From the NCBI GenBank assembly GCA_040905365.1, contig JBBDRQ010000080.1, forward strand, positions 3,326 to 67,325: a stretch of 64,000 nucleotides of DNA, given 5' to 3'. Shown piece by piece: positions 45,942-54,872 of this stretch (position 1 is its first letter; each line of letters begins with the position of its first letter). Both the position numbers and the translations under genes were made by a program. The notes under the pieces are model-generated. The model ran no database searches, had not been told where the DNA came from, and worked only from the letters and a program-made list of their open reading frames with translations. The stretch is from Actinomycetota bacterium (lineage in GTDB: Bacteria > Actinomycetota > CADDZG01 > JAHWKV01).

Positions 45942-46979
45942 TCACTTCAAACTCAAAAGGTACTCGACCAGAGCGCTGATCTGGTCTTCGGTGAGCTCCA
46001 GGTCGGGCATCAGCGACCCCGGTTTCTGAGCCGGCGGATCCTCCAACCATGCTCGCAAGTTTTCTTCGTTCAGCTCAAACATGGAACTGGCAAACCGTTC
46101 CCGGCTGGCCAGATGGGTCAGGTTCGGCCCCACGATGCCGGCGGCATCGGTGCCCCCTATGGCGTGACAGGAAGCGCACATTTGCCCACCGGCGAACTGC
46201 TCGTTGTGGAAAAGCTCCCGCCCCTCGGCCACCGCGGGATCCTCGGCCGCGGGCTGTTGTTGATCGGCAACCCACTGTTCAAAGTCGGCCTGCTCGTGAG
46301 CAACGACCGTAAAGCGCATGTTGGCGTGGGAAAGGCCGCAGTACTCGGCACACTGGCCAAGATACTCTCCGGGTTCGGTCGCCTCTACGGTCATGGTGTT
46401 GACCCGCCCGGGCACCACATCGGTCTTGCCGGCCAGCTTGGGTACCCAGAAGCTGTGGATAACGTCGTTGGACTTAAGCGACAGGAACACCGGGCGGTTC
46501 ACGGGGATGTGCAGCTCATTGGCGGTTACCACCCCGTTGTCGTAGTTGACCGCCCACCACCACTGGTTTCCAACTATCTCGACCTGAAGCGCGTTGTCGG
46601 GCTCCTGCGCTTGGTCGAAGACCACCGGCACGGTCATAAACGCGATACCGGTCAAGATCACCGCTGGGATCGCCGTCCACAGCAACTCCAGCCGGGTGTG
46701 CCCGTGCAGCTGCTTGGGATCGGACTTGTTGTTGGATTCGCGGTACTTGACGAGGATGAATATCAAGGCACCCTCGACGATGACGAAGATAACCGCGGCG
46801 ATCAGGAAGGTTACATCCCAAAGACGGTCGGCTTCGATCGCCTGGGGTCCCTCCGGATACAGAAAGTTCATGGGAGCATCTTTGGAGATGCACCCGCTCA
46901 ACAACAGCGCGCTGGACAGCGCCACCATGCGTAGGAGGTATTTCGATTTGCTTAGAGCGCGAACGCGCAGTCGAGCCAC
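45942..46979 (-). CDS. ctaC: cytochrome c oxidase subunit II with fused C-terminal cytochrome c domain (caa3 type)
   Basis: CuA site HSFWVP...CAEYCGLSHANM and C-terminal CASCH heme-c motif. Lipoprotein-like signal RLRVRALSKSKYLLRMVALSSALLLSGC favours the GTG at 46979; an alternative ATG is at 46928. Confidence 0.9.
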   Translation of the reverse strand: MARLRVRALSKSKYLLRMVALSSALLLSGCISKDAPMNFLYPEGPQAIEADRLWDVTFLIAAVIFVIVEGALIFILVKYRESNNKSDPKQLHGHTRLELLWTAIPAVILTGIAFMTVPVVFDQAQEPDNALQVEIVGNQWWWAVNYDNGVVTANELHIPVNRPVFLSLKSNDVIHSFWVPKLAGKTDVVPGRVNTMTVEATEPGEYLGQCAEYCGLSHANMRFTVVAHEQADFEQWVADQQQPAAEDPAVAEGRELFHNEQFAGGQMCASCHAIGGTDAAGIVGPNLTHLASRERFASSMFELNEENLRAWLEDPPAQKPGSLMPDLELTEDQISALVEYLLSLK

Positions 46980-47030
46980 GAAAAGGGATGCTAGCAGATA
47001 CGTTGACCGCAACTCGTCGACAACCTCCCT

Positions 47031-48155
47031 GTGAACGCTAAAAAGTCCGATCCCCGCGCTAAAAGCCTGCTCGATTCGGCGAAGTCCAAGATTGACGACT
47101 GCCTCGAAGGTTGGCTGCGGAGCACGCAAGAAGACTTTGCTACCAACAACGGTGAGCAGATTGTAGCGGAGGTTGGCCGGAGCGCAATCGGCCGGGGCGG
47201 ACGGATACGTCCACTGCTGTGCTGTTGCGGGTACGCGATCGCCGGCGGCGAGGGTGGGCTGACCGACAAAAGAATCATCCGTGCCGCCGCCAGCATCGAG
47301 CTGCTGCACACCTTTGCGATCCTGCACGACGACGTAATGGACGGCTCCGAACTGCGGCGCGGCGAGCCGTCCCTGTTCAGGCGGATCGCCGACGAGCGCG
47401 AAGATCTCGGCGATGAAGAAGCCGTGCACTACGGCGTCTCGGTCGCCATCCTGGCCGGAGACCTGGCTTTGGTGCTCTCCGACCAGCTGTTCAGCCGCAG
47501 CGGGTTCGACGCGGACCGCCTGCTCCGAGCCTACGGCCCGCTGTCGCGGATGCGCCTGGACGCGGTAGCCGGCCAGTACCTGGACTTGACGCACAGCGGC
47601 CGTCCCGCCGGTGCCCAAGACCCCGACCTCGCGGTGAGGATCTCGCGCCTGAAAACCGGCAGCTACAGCGTGGAGGGGCCACTGCTCATAGGCGCAACAC
47701 TGGGGGGAGCCACCGAAGCCGCCGCGCGGGCGCTGCGAGAGTTTGCGCGCCCATTGGGCGAGGCTTTTCAGCTCACCGACGACCTGATGGGGCTGTTCGG
47801 CGACCCGGCCAGCACCGGCAAGGACGCCGAAAACGACATCCGCAAAGGCAAACCCACCCCGCTGATCAGCAGCAGCCTGGCTATGGCCACCGGCGGCCGG
47901 CGCAGCGACATCCTGGCCATCTGGGGAAACCCCAGGGCCTCCGCCGCGGACCTGGCCCGGCTGCGCGCGGCCGTGCGCGATTCGGGCGCGCTGGGCGTGA
48001 TGAGCGCCAGGATTCGGGCGCTGGTCGCAGCCTCCTGCGGTGCGCTCAACGACCCCGAGCGCAACGACCTCGACGAGCAGACCGCCGCGCTCTTACAGCA
48101 TCTCGCCCAGGGCATTTTGGCCCGCGCGGGCGAAACGGTCGAAGGCGGGATTTAG
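47031..48155 (+). CDS. polyprenyl diphosphate synthase (trans-IPPS family)
   Basis: First Asp-rich motif LLHTFAILHDDVMDG and second motif FQLTDDLMG. GTG start 51 nt from the divergent ctaC. Confidence 0.85.
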   Translation: MNAKKSDPRAKSLLDSAKSKIDDCLEGWLRSTQEDFATNNGEQIVAEVGRSAIGRGGRIRPLLCCCGYAIAGGEGGLTDKRIIRAAASIELLHTFAILHDDVMDGSELRRGEPSLFRRIADEREDLGDEEAVHYGVSVAILAGDLALVLSDQLFSRSGFDADRLLRAYGPLSRMRLDAVAGQYLDLTHSGRPAGAQDPDLAVRISRLKTGSYSVEGPLLIGATLGGATEAAARALREFARPLGEAFQLTDDLMGLFGDPASTGKDAENDIRKGKPTPLISSSLAMATGGRRSDILAIWGNPRASAADLARLRAAVRDSGALGVMSARIRALVAASCGALNDPERNDLDEQTAALLQHLAQGILARAGETVEGGI

Positions 48156-48703
48156 CTGGATGCAACCGGCTCGATGCCCAGACTCGAGTAAGTCAGCAGC
48201 GGCTCATAGTTGACACCGCGGGCCTCCAAAGCCTTGCCAGCCATATCAGAACGGTCGACCAGCGTCGTAACAAGCACTACCGAGGCCCCGGCCTCCTCCA
48301 CGGCGTCCAGGGCGCTCAGAGTCGATCCTCCGGTGGTTATGACGTCGTCGACTAGCAGCACCCTCGTATCCTCGGTAAGCTCGGCTCCTTCGATGCGCTT
48401 TAGCTTGCCGTGCTTCTTGGCCTCCTTGCGCACGGAAAACCACCAAGCGTCGGTTCTCACCGCTACGGCGACGGCGATGGGATCCGCCCCCATGGTCATA
48501 CCCCCGACGGCGTCAAACTCCACGCCGCGCTCGGCAGCCATGGCCACGATAGCCTCGGCTACCAGCTGGTAACGGCTGCCTTTGGCGATGGCCCGCTTGC
48601 CGTCGATGTAGTCGTGGCTGAGCCCGGCGTTGGCCAGCTGGAAGGGCTCCTCCCGCCACTCGTGACCGAATTTCATGACCAGATCCTTGACCTGCTCGCG
48701 CAA
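48152..48703 (-). CDS. pyrE: orotate phosphoribosyltransferase
   Basis: PRPP-binding loop VLLVDDVITTGGS, FDAVGGMTMGADPIA. The start is uncertain: TTG 48703, GTG 48793, ATG 48676, or ATC 48742 behind a strong SD. Confidence 0.85.
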   Translation of the reverse strand: MREQVKDLVMKFGHEWREEPFQLANAGLSHDYIDGKRAIAKGSRYQLVAEAIVAMAAERGVEFDAVGGMTMGADPIAVAVAVRTDAWWFSVRKEAKKHGKLKRIEGAELTEDTRVLLVDDVITTGGSTLSALDAVEEAGASVVLVTTLVDRSDMAGKALEARGVNYEPLLTYSSLGIEPVASS

Positions 48704-48814
48704 CTGCGCCGGCGATCGGTGTGGGGCTTGGGCCGTCTCGATGACTCCTCCTTGGGATTCAGGTGATCGGGTAAGCCAAGTTTGGCACAGCACCGGCTCG
48801 TCAATTACGGCAGC

Positions 48815-48845
48815 AAAAACCCCCCGGCTGAACCGGGGGGTTTTT
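48815..48845 (-). terminator. intrinsic terminator after groEL
   Basis: CCCCCCGG-ctgaa-CCGGGGGG stem flanked by an A5 run on one side and a T5 run on the other. On the minus strand the hairpin is followed by UUUUU, 25 nt after the groEL stop. Confidence 0.8.
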
Positions 48846-48869
48846 GTTTCGCATTCGCCACGAGCTGCC

Positions 48870-50510
48870 TTAGAAGTCCATGCCTCCCGACGGGTCCGGC
48901 ATACCACCGGGCATCCCTCCACCGGAGTGCTCCTCGGGCTTGTCGACGACCACCGCTTCGGTGGTGAGGAACAATGCCGCGATGGAAGCCGCGTTCTGCA
49001 GTGCGGAGCGGGTCACCTTCGCCGGGTCGACGATGCCGGCCTTCATCAGGTCCTCGTACTCACCGGTTGCGGCGTTGAGGCCGTGGCCGGACTTGAGGGT
49101 GCTGATCTTCTCCACCACGACGCCACCCTCGAGGCCGGCGTTCTGCGCAATCTGGCGAAGCGGTGCACCGAGCGCACGGCGCACCATGGTCACACCGGCC
49201 AGCTCGTCGTCCTTGAGGTCGATCTCGAGCTTCTCGAGCGCGGCCTGAGCGAGCACGAGCGTGGTACCTCCACCGGGAACGATGCCTTCCTCGACGGCTG
49301 CCTTGGTCGCCTGTACCGCGTCCTCGATGCGGTGCTTCTTCTCCTTGAGCTCGACCTCGGTCGCGGCTCCTACCTTGATTACTGCAACGCCGCCGGCCAG
49401 CTTGGCCAGACGCTCCTGCAGCTTCTCCTTGTCGTAGTCCGAGTCGCTCTTGTCGATCTCGGCACGAATCTGGTTGACGCGTCCTTTGATCTTGTCGGCG
49501 TCACCTGCACCCTCGACGATCGTGGTCTCGTCCTTGGTGACCACGACCTTGCGGGCCTGGCCCAACAGCGGCAGATCGGTGTTCTCCAGCTTGAGACCGA
49601 CTTCCTCAGAGATCAGCTCGCCGCCGGTGAGCACCGCGATGTCGCTCATCATGGCCTTGCGGCGGTCACCGAACCCGGGCGCCTTGACCGCAACGCTCTT
49701 GAACGTGCCGCGAATCTTGTTAACCACCAGTGTGGCCAGCGCTTCGCCTTCGACGTCCTCGGCGATGATCAGCAGAGGCTTGCTGTTTTGCATAACCTTC
49801 TCCAGGACCGGCAGAACGTCCTTGACCGCCGAGATCTTCGAGTTGGATATGAGGATGTAGGGGTCCTCCAGGACCGCCTCCATGCGCTCGGGGTCGGAGA
49901 CGAAGTACGGGGAGATGTAGCCCTTGTCAAAGCGCATTCCCTCGACCAGCTCCAACTCCAGCCCGAAGGTCTGGGACTCCTCTACGGTGATAACGCCGTC
50001 CTTGCCGACCTTGTCCATGGCCTCGGAGATGATCTCGCCGATCTCACGGTCGTTGTTGGCCGAGATGGCGCCGACGTGCGCTACCTGGTCCTTGCTCTCG
50101 ATTTCCTTGGACATGTTGCCGATGAACTCCACAACGGCACTTACGCCAGTTTCGATTCCCCTTTTAAGGGCGATGGGGTTGGCGCCGGCGGCGACCACGC
50201 GCAGGCCCTCCCGAGTAATGGCGTGGGCCAGAACCGTGGCGGTGGTGGTACCGTCACCCGCTACGTCGTCGGTCTTTTTGGCGACCTCCTTGACGAGTTC
50301 GGCGCCGATCCTCTCGAACGGGTCCTCGAGCTCGATCTCCTTGGCGATGGATACACCATCGTTGGTGATGGTGGGAGCTCCCCACTTCTTCTCTAGAACT
50401 ACGTTGCGTCCCTTGGGACCCAGGGTCACCCTTACCGCGCTGGCTAGGGTCTCCATACCCCTCTCCATAGCGCGCTTGGCTTCATCCCCAAATGCGAGCT
50501 GCTTTGCCAT
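48870..50510 (-). CDS. groEL: chaperonin GroEL (60 kDa)
   Basis: [18 protein letters not shown]...[33 protein letters not shown]..., C-terminal Gly/Met tail [16 protein letters not shown]. Confidence 0.97.
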   Translation of the reverse strand: MAKQLAFGDEAKRAMERGMETLASAVRVTLGPKGRNVVLEKKWGAPTITNDGVSIAKEIELEDPFERIGAELVKEVAKKTDDVAGDGTTTATVLAHAITREGLRVVAAGANPIALKRGIETGVSAVVEFIGNMSKEIESKDQVAHVGAISANNDREIGEIISEAMDKVGKDGVITVEESQTFGLELELVEGMRFDKGYISPYFVSDPERMEAVLEDPYILISNSKISAVKDVLPVLEKVMQNSKPLLIIAEDVEGEALATLVVNKIRGTFKSVAVKAPGFGDRRKAMMSDIAVLTGGELISEEVGLKLENTDLPLLGQARKVVVTKDETTIVEGAGDADKIKGRVNQIRAEIDKSDSDYDKEKLQERLAKLAGGVAVIKVGAATEVELKEKKHRIEDAVQATKAAVEEGIVPGGGTTLVLAQAALEKLEIDLKDDELAGVTMVRRALGAPLRQIAQNAGLEGGVVVEKISTLKSGHGLNAATGEYEDLMKAGIVDPAKVTRSALQNAASIAALFLTTEAVVVDKPEEHSGGGMPGGMPDPSGGMDF

Positions 50511-50609
50511 TCATACCTCCTACGTGGGACACCGTGTCCAACACTGTGAAAAAATCTTGCCGGCCCGACAGGACTGCATGACCAACCTGGCACTCAGTCA
50601 AATCAAGCG

Positions 50610-50636
50610 TTAGCACTCTTGAGTCTAGAGTGCTAA
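50610..50636 (-). promoter_or_regulatory. CIRCE operator (HrcA binding site)
   Basis: Perfect TTAGCACTC-N9-GAGTGCTAA inverted repeat about 100 nt upstream of the groEL start. Confidence 0.9.
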
Positions 50637-50805
50637 ACCCTGGCTGGCAAATGAGTTACACCGGTAGCAGGGTCTCGGTGGGCCGACTAATGGGCAGGGA
50701 GCCCGCAACCGCGGTCTGCAGCGCTTCTACTTGTGTTTTCTCCTATTTCACCCTTAATATTGTTTTGAACCTTTCGACGGTGCAAAAGGTACTCAGGAGA
50801 ACAGC

Positions 50806-51246
50806 ATGGAAACCGGTGGTCGGGTTGATTCGGTAGTCCCCAGAGCCAAGGCGTTTTTTCACGCTCTGCTACCCGCGCTCGCCTACCTTGCAGGCTATCC
50901 GGCCGCGGCCTTCATCCTTGCCTTTACCGGTGCGGCGATGGCCGTGAGCGTGCTGGGCGGACCCCGCTACAGCCTGTTCGGTTTGGTGTTCAAGGCGATC
51001 AGGCCAGTTCTAAAACTCGGACCCGGACGCAACGAGGCCGTGGCACCGCATCGCTTCTCCGAGGCTACGGGAGCCGTCATGCTGCTGGCCGCCGCCTTGC
51101 TCTATCCGCTCGGCGCTCACGGTTTAGCCGAGGCTCTGGCTTTGCTGGTCATGGTCTTTGCAGCCCTCAACGCCGTCGCCGGGGTGTGCGTCGGGTGCCA
51201 GATGTACCTGCTGTTCAAGAGATTCCAACCCGGAGCTACCGGATGA
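50806..51246 (+). CDS. DUF4395 family membrane protein
   Basis: Four hydrophobic segments, C-terminal NAVAGVCVGCQMY motif typical of DUF4395. Confidence 0.65.
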   Translation: METGGRVDSVVPRAKAFFHALLPALAYLAGYPAAAFILAFTGAAMAVSVLGGPRYSLFGLVFKAIRPVLKLGPGRNEAVAPHRFSEATGAVMLLAAALLYPLGAHGLAEALALLVMVFAALNAVAGVCVGCQMYLLFKRFQPGATG

Positions 51247-51659
51247 TGACGGATCCGATAGTCCTTCGATTGCTGGTTCTCGGTGCGTTGCTGTTTGCGG
51301 CCGGGGGCGCAGGCGTAACTTTGCGGCGGTATTTCCGCAACGCTCAGCTTCCCCGCAACTTCGACCGCAGGGACGTGGCGCTTTCCCATCCGGGCCCCAT
51401 CCTGGTGGAGTTCACCTCGCCGTTTTGCCACGAGTGCCAGGTCGCCCTGCCGGTGCTGGAGGCGGTCTCGGCAAGCGACGGAGCGCCGCTGGCGGTGGTC
51501 GACGCCAAGTACCGCCCCGACCTTGCGACAAAGTATGCGATCCGCACCACACCCACCATCCTGGTGGTCAACGCCCAGGGCCGGGTCACCCACGGGTGGC
51601 TGGACAGCGCGCCGACGGCGCAGGATGTAACGGAAGCGCTGGCGCTGGCTTACGGCTAG
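51243..51659 (+). CDS. membrane-anchored thioredoxin-fold protein (CxxC)
   Basis: N-terminal TM, then ILVEFTSPFCHECQ...YAIRTTPTILVV (thioredoxin fold with CHEC). The ATG overlaps the upstream stop (ATGATGA). Confidence 0.72.
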   Translation: MMTDPIVLRLLVLGALLFAAGGAGVTLRRYFRNAQLPRNFDRRDVALSHPGPILVEFTSPFCHECQVALPVLEAVSASDGAPLAVVDAKYRPDLATKYAIRTTPTILVVNAQGRVTHGWLDSAPTAQDVTEALALAYG

Positions 51660-51678
51660 TGCCTCATCGAGCGGCCCT

Positions 51679-51951
51679 CTAACCTCCGGCCACCGCCGGC
51701 AGTATCGATATCAACGTCCCGTCGGGAACCTTGGTATCCAAGCCGTCGAGGAACCTCACGTCTTCCTCTCCAACGTATATGTTGACGAACCGGCGAACCT
51801 CGCCGTGATCGTCCAGCAGCCGCTCGGTGAGCTCCGGGTAGCTCCCGGCAAGCTGACCCAGCAGGTCGCGCAGGTCTACCGCTGAATCCACGGCCAACTC
51901 GGGCTGCCCGTCGGCCAGTTGGCGCAGTTGGGTTGGGATCTTCACTTTCAC
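51679..51951 (-). CDS. MoaD/ThiS/CysO-type sulfur-carrier protein (C-terminal Gly-Gly)
   Basis: 90 aa ending ...ILPAVAGG, with RFVNIYVGEEDVRF as in CysO-type carriers. The start overlaps the upstream stop (ATGA at 51948-51951). Confidence 0.85.
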   Translation of the reverse strand: MKVKIPTQLRQLADGQPELAVDSAVDLRDLLGQLAGSYPELTERLLDDHGEVRRFVNIYVGEEDVRFLDGLDTKVPDGTLISILPAVAGG

Positions 51952-53192
51952 GCTGATAGCAGCCTCATCTCCTCTTCAAACTTGTCAAGGTTGCCTGAAA
52001 TATGGAAGTTAGGGCCTACCCGGCCCGTCAGAGCCTCTGCCGTCTTAAGCCCCATACCCGTTATCAGGGCAACCACGGTCTCGGACTCAGCAAACACGCC
52101 GGCCTCGGCCATTTTCCTCAACGCGGCGATAGTCACACCTCCGGCCGTCTCGGCGAATATACCTTCGGTCGACGCCAGCAGGCGTATTCCGCTAACGATC
52201 TCCTCGTCGGTTACGTCTTCGCCGGTACCGCCCGTCTCGCCCACCGCAGCCGCGGCGTAGTAGCCGTCGGCGGGGTTACCTATGGCCAGGGACTTGGCGA
52301 TGGTGTCGGGTTTTACGGGGCGGATGACGTCCGTGCCTCCTTTGATCGCAGCAACTACCGGGTTGCACCCAACCGCCTGCGCCGCGTGCACCTTGGTGTG
52401 CGGCGCTTCGTCCAGAATCCCGACCTTGTGGTACTCCTGCAGCCCCTTGCGGAACTTGGTCAGAAGACTGCCGCTGGCCACCGGAACCACTACGTGATCG
52501 GGCGAGCGCCAGTCGAGCTGCTCGGCCACCTCGAACGCCAGCGTCTTGGAACCCTCCGAATAAAAGGGCCGCAGGTTGACGTTCACAAACCCCCACTCGC
52601 CCTTTTGGGCAATCTCCGAGCACAGCTTGTTCACGTGGTCGTAGTTGCCCTCCACCGCCACCAGGTTGCCCCCGTAAATGGCGGTTGTGATGACCTTGCC
52701 CTGCTCCAGGTTGGCCGGGATGAACACAAAGGAGCGCAGCCCTGCCTTGGCGGCGTGAGCGGCCACGGCGTTGGCCAGGTTACCGGTCGATGCGCAGGAA
52801 ACCGTGTCAAAACCCATCTCGCGAGCCACCGTGAGCGCCACACTTACCACCCGGTCCTTGAACGAGTGGGTCGGGTTGGCCGTGTCGTTTTTGATGTAGA
52901 GGGTGGAGATGCCCAACGCCTCAGCCAGACGGTCCGCCTTGAGCAGCGGCGTAAGGCCGGCACCGATATCTACCCGATCGGCCGCGGCGGCCACCGGAAG
53001 CAACTCCGAGTAGCGCCAGATCGAGGCCGGCCCCTGCTTGATCGATTCCCGAGAGATCCGCGTGGCAATGTCCTCGTAATCAAAGACCGGCTCCAGCGGG
53101 GCAAAGCAGAAGTCACAGACGTATATGGGTGCGGACTGGTATCTGCGTCCGCACTCCCTGCACTCAAGTTCGTCGATCTTGGCCACGGTCAC
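51948..53192 (-). CDS. threonine synthase-family PLP enzyme with N-terminal zinc ribbon (candidate MetM-type homocysteine synthase)
   Basis: CRECGRRY...CDFC ribbon, PLP-lysine region NPTHSFKDR, glycine loop STGNLA. The start is GTG 53192, or more likely GTG 53186, which is 5 nt after AGGGG. Confidence 0.88.
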   Translation of the reverse strand: MTVAKIDELECRECGRRYQSAPIYVCDFCFAPLEPVFDYEDIATRISRESIKQGPASIWRYSELLPVAAAADRVDIGAGLTPLLKADRLAEALGISTLYIKNDTANPTHSFKDRVVSVALTVAREMGFDTVSCASTGNLANAVAAHAAKAGLRSFVFIPANLEQGKVITTAIYGGNLVAVEGNYDHVNKLCSEIAQKGEWGFVNVNLRPFYSEGSKTLAFEVAEQLDWRSPDHVVVPVASGSLLTKFRKGLQEYHKVGILDEAPHTKVHAAQAVGCNPVVAAIKGGTDVIRPVKPDTIAKSLAIGNPADGYYAAAAVGETGGTGEDVTDEEIVSGIRLLASTEGIFAETAGGVTIAALRKMAEAGVFAESETVVALITGMGLKTAEALTGRVGPNFHISGNLDKFEEEMRLLSA

Positions 53193-53200
53193 CCCTAAAC

Positions 53201-53229
53201 AAAAAAATCGCCTGCCGATGGCAGGCGAT
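53201..53229 (-). terminator. riboswitch expression-platform terminator
   Basis: Minus strand reads AUCGCCUGCC-auc-GGCAGGCGAU followed by U7. It lies immediately upstream of the ThrC-like start. Confidence 0.8.
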
Positions 53230-53245
53230 CCATATGCTAGACCTG

Positions 53246-53359
53246 CTCATCTGCCCCGGTCCGGCCGGGCGGGATTTAGCACCTTTCAGTCGTCTTGCTA
53301 AGCCTGACTGAAGGCTGCCGAGGCGTCACAGGGCCCGTCCCTCTACCTCTCTTGATGAG
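53246..53359 (-). promoter_or_regulatory. SAM-I riboswitch (S-box) aptamer
   Basis: Minus strand reads CUCAUCAAGAGAGGUAGAGGGACGGGCCCUGUGACGCCUCGGCAGCC...GGUGCUAAAUCCCGCC...GGCAGAUGAG. P1 is CUCAUC/GAUGAG, and the GAGGGA, GGCCC and GGUGCUAAAUCC cores match the S-box consensus. Confidence 0.9.
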
Positions 53360-53448
53360 AATCTAACCATCGCATCCCCCCAAACGGCTGTCAAACAGCC
53401 GCGCCACCCGACAACGGCCCGAGCCGAGGCACGAAACGGCCCAGCCCG

Positions 53449-54768
53449 TCAACCGGCCACTCTCTGGCGGCTCTTGTCCTTCTTCCTGCTACCCCTCCGG
53501 AGGCCGCCTTTGGCGGGCGGAGCATCCCGCGACGATGCATCTGCCGCCGGCATTTCGTCTTGCTCGGCAGGCTCCGGGGGTCCGGGTCGGGGCTTACGGT
53601 CGCCGCTCAGGTAATTCCAATTGCCCAACACTCTGGTCTCGTAGAAGTGGACGAACACAATCTTGGCCACAGCCAAGCCCGGGACGGCCAGGAGCATCCC
53701 CCAGAGGCCGCCGGCCGACGCTCCCACTATCAACGCCACCATGATCGCGACCGGGTGCAGGCGTAGCGCCCAGCCGATAATTTTGGGAGAGATGAAATGA
53801 TTGTCGATTTGCTGCACGATCACCATCGCAATCACCGCCTGGATCGCCAGCGGCAAGCCGCCGGTGATACCGCCGACCACGGTAGCTATGGCGCCGCCGA
53901 CGAACGGGCCGATCAACGGAATGATGTTGAAGAAGCCGGCCAGCAGCCCGATCGGAAGCCAGTAGGGCAAATCGATGATGAGGAAGGCCAGGCAGGACAT
54001 AACCCCGACGATGGCCGCCACCAGCAGCTGCCCCCTGAAGAAGCTGCCCACTATCCTGCCGATTCGGTCCAGCAGCGGAACCCATTCCGGGCGGAGACTC
54101 GGCGGCATGTACTTGAGGCCCAACTGCTGGATCCTCGGCAGGTCAATTAACAGGTAAGCCGCGAAAACCGGGCCCAGGATGATGTTTAGCAACAGGTGAA
54201 ACGCTCCGCTCGCGAACCTGCTCGCACCTGCGAACAGGCTCTGGTACAGACCTTGCAGGATCGAAGGCTGCGAACTCTCGCTCGACGAGGATGGTGCGGT
54301 CCCTGACTGCGGTTCGGAGGACAGGTCGCCGAGTCCGACCGCATCCAAAGACAGGTTCATCTGCTCGGCCGCCCGTTGGGTAGTTGCTACCGCCTGCTCC
54401 TGGATCTGCGGCCCCCGGTCGACCAGGCCCTGAATCTGCCGGCCGAGCGGCGGCACCAGCCAGTAGACCGCCAGCAAGAGCATCACGAGCAAAATCACGT
54501 AGATAAGCGCCGTACTGAACCCCCGCCGGATCCCTCGCCGCTCCAGCGCGTTGACGAAAGGGTTGAGCAAGAAGATCAACACCACGGCAAGCGCCAACGG
54601 CGGAAAGATTTCCCGAACCAGGCTGAGCAGGTACAGGCCGATTCCGGCCAGGAGCAGAACGCCGAGCAGGGACCAGCTGATAATCCCGGCCCGGGCAAGG
54701 CTGTCGCCGGAAGTTTTTCGCGATGGCGGACGGCCCGTAGCAGTCACCGTCCAATTATACGGGCGCAT
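53449..54768 (-). CDS. AI-2E family transporter (PerM/UPF0118)
   Basis: Polytopic membrane protein with FFNIIPLIGPFVGG and VVQQIDNHFISPKI motifs. Basic, Pro-rich C-terminal tail. Confidence 0.82.
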   Translation of the reverse strand: MRPYNWTVTATGRPPSRKTSGDSLARAGIISWSLLGVLLLAGIGLYLLSLVREIFPPLALAVVLIFLLNPFVNALERRGIRRGFSTALIYVILLVMLLLAVYWLVPPLGRQIQGLVDRGPQIQEQAVATTQRAAEQMNLSLDAVGLGDLSSEPQSGTAPSSSSESSQPSILQGLYQSLFAGASRFASGAFHLLLNIILGPVFAAYLLIDLPRIQQLGLKYMPPSLRPEWVPLLDRIGRIVGSFFRGQLLVAAIVGVMSCLAFLIIDLPYWLPIGLLAGFFNIIPLIGPFVGGAIATVVGGITGGLPLAIQAVIAMVIVQQIDNHFISPKIIGWALRLHPVAIMVALIVGASAGGLWGMLLAVPGLAVAKIVFVHFYETRVLGNWNYLSGDRKPRPGPPEPAEQDEMPAADASSRDAPPAKGGLRRGSRKKDKSRQRVAG

Positions 54769-54872
54769 CCGGTAATCAGTGGGTGATTTTGGATGTGCCG
54801 CGCGGGCCCGCAGGACGGCTCGGTTGCTAGACTGGCTGTAGTGCTAGCCTCCCCGACCCCCACCGTGCTGCG

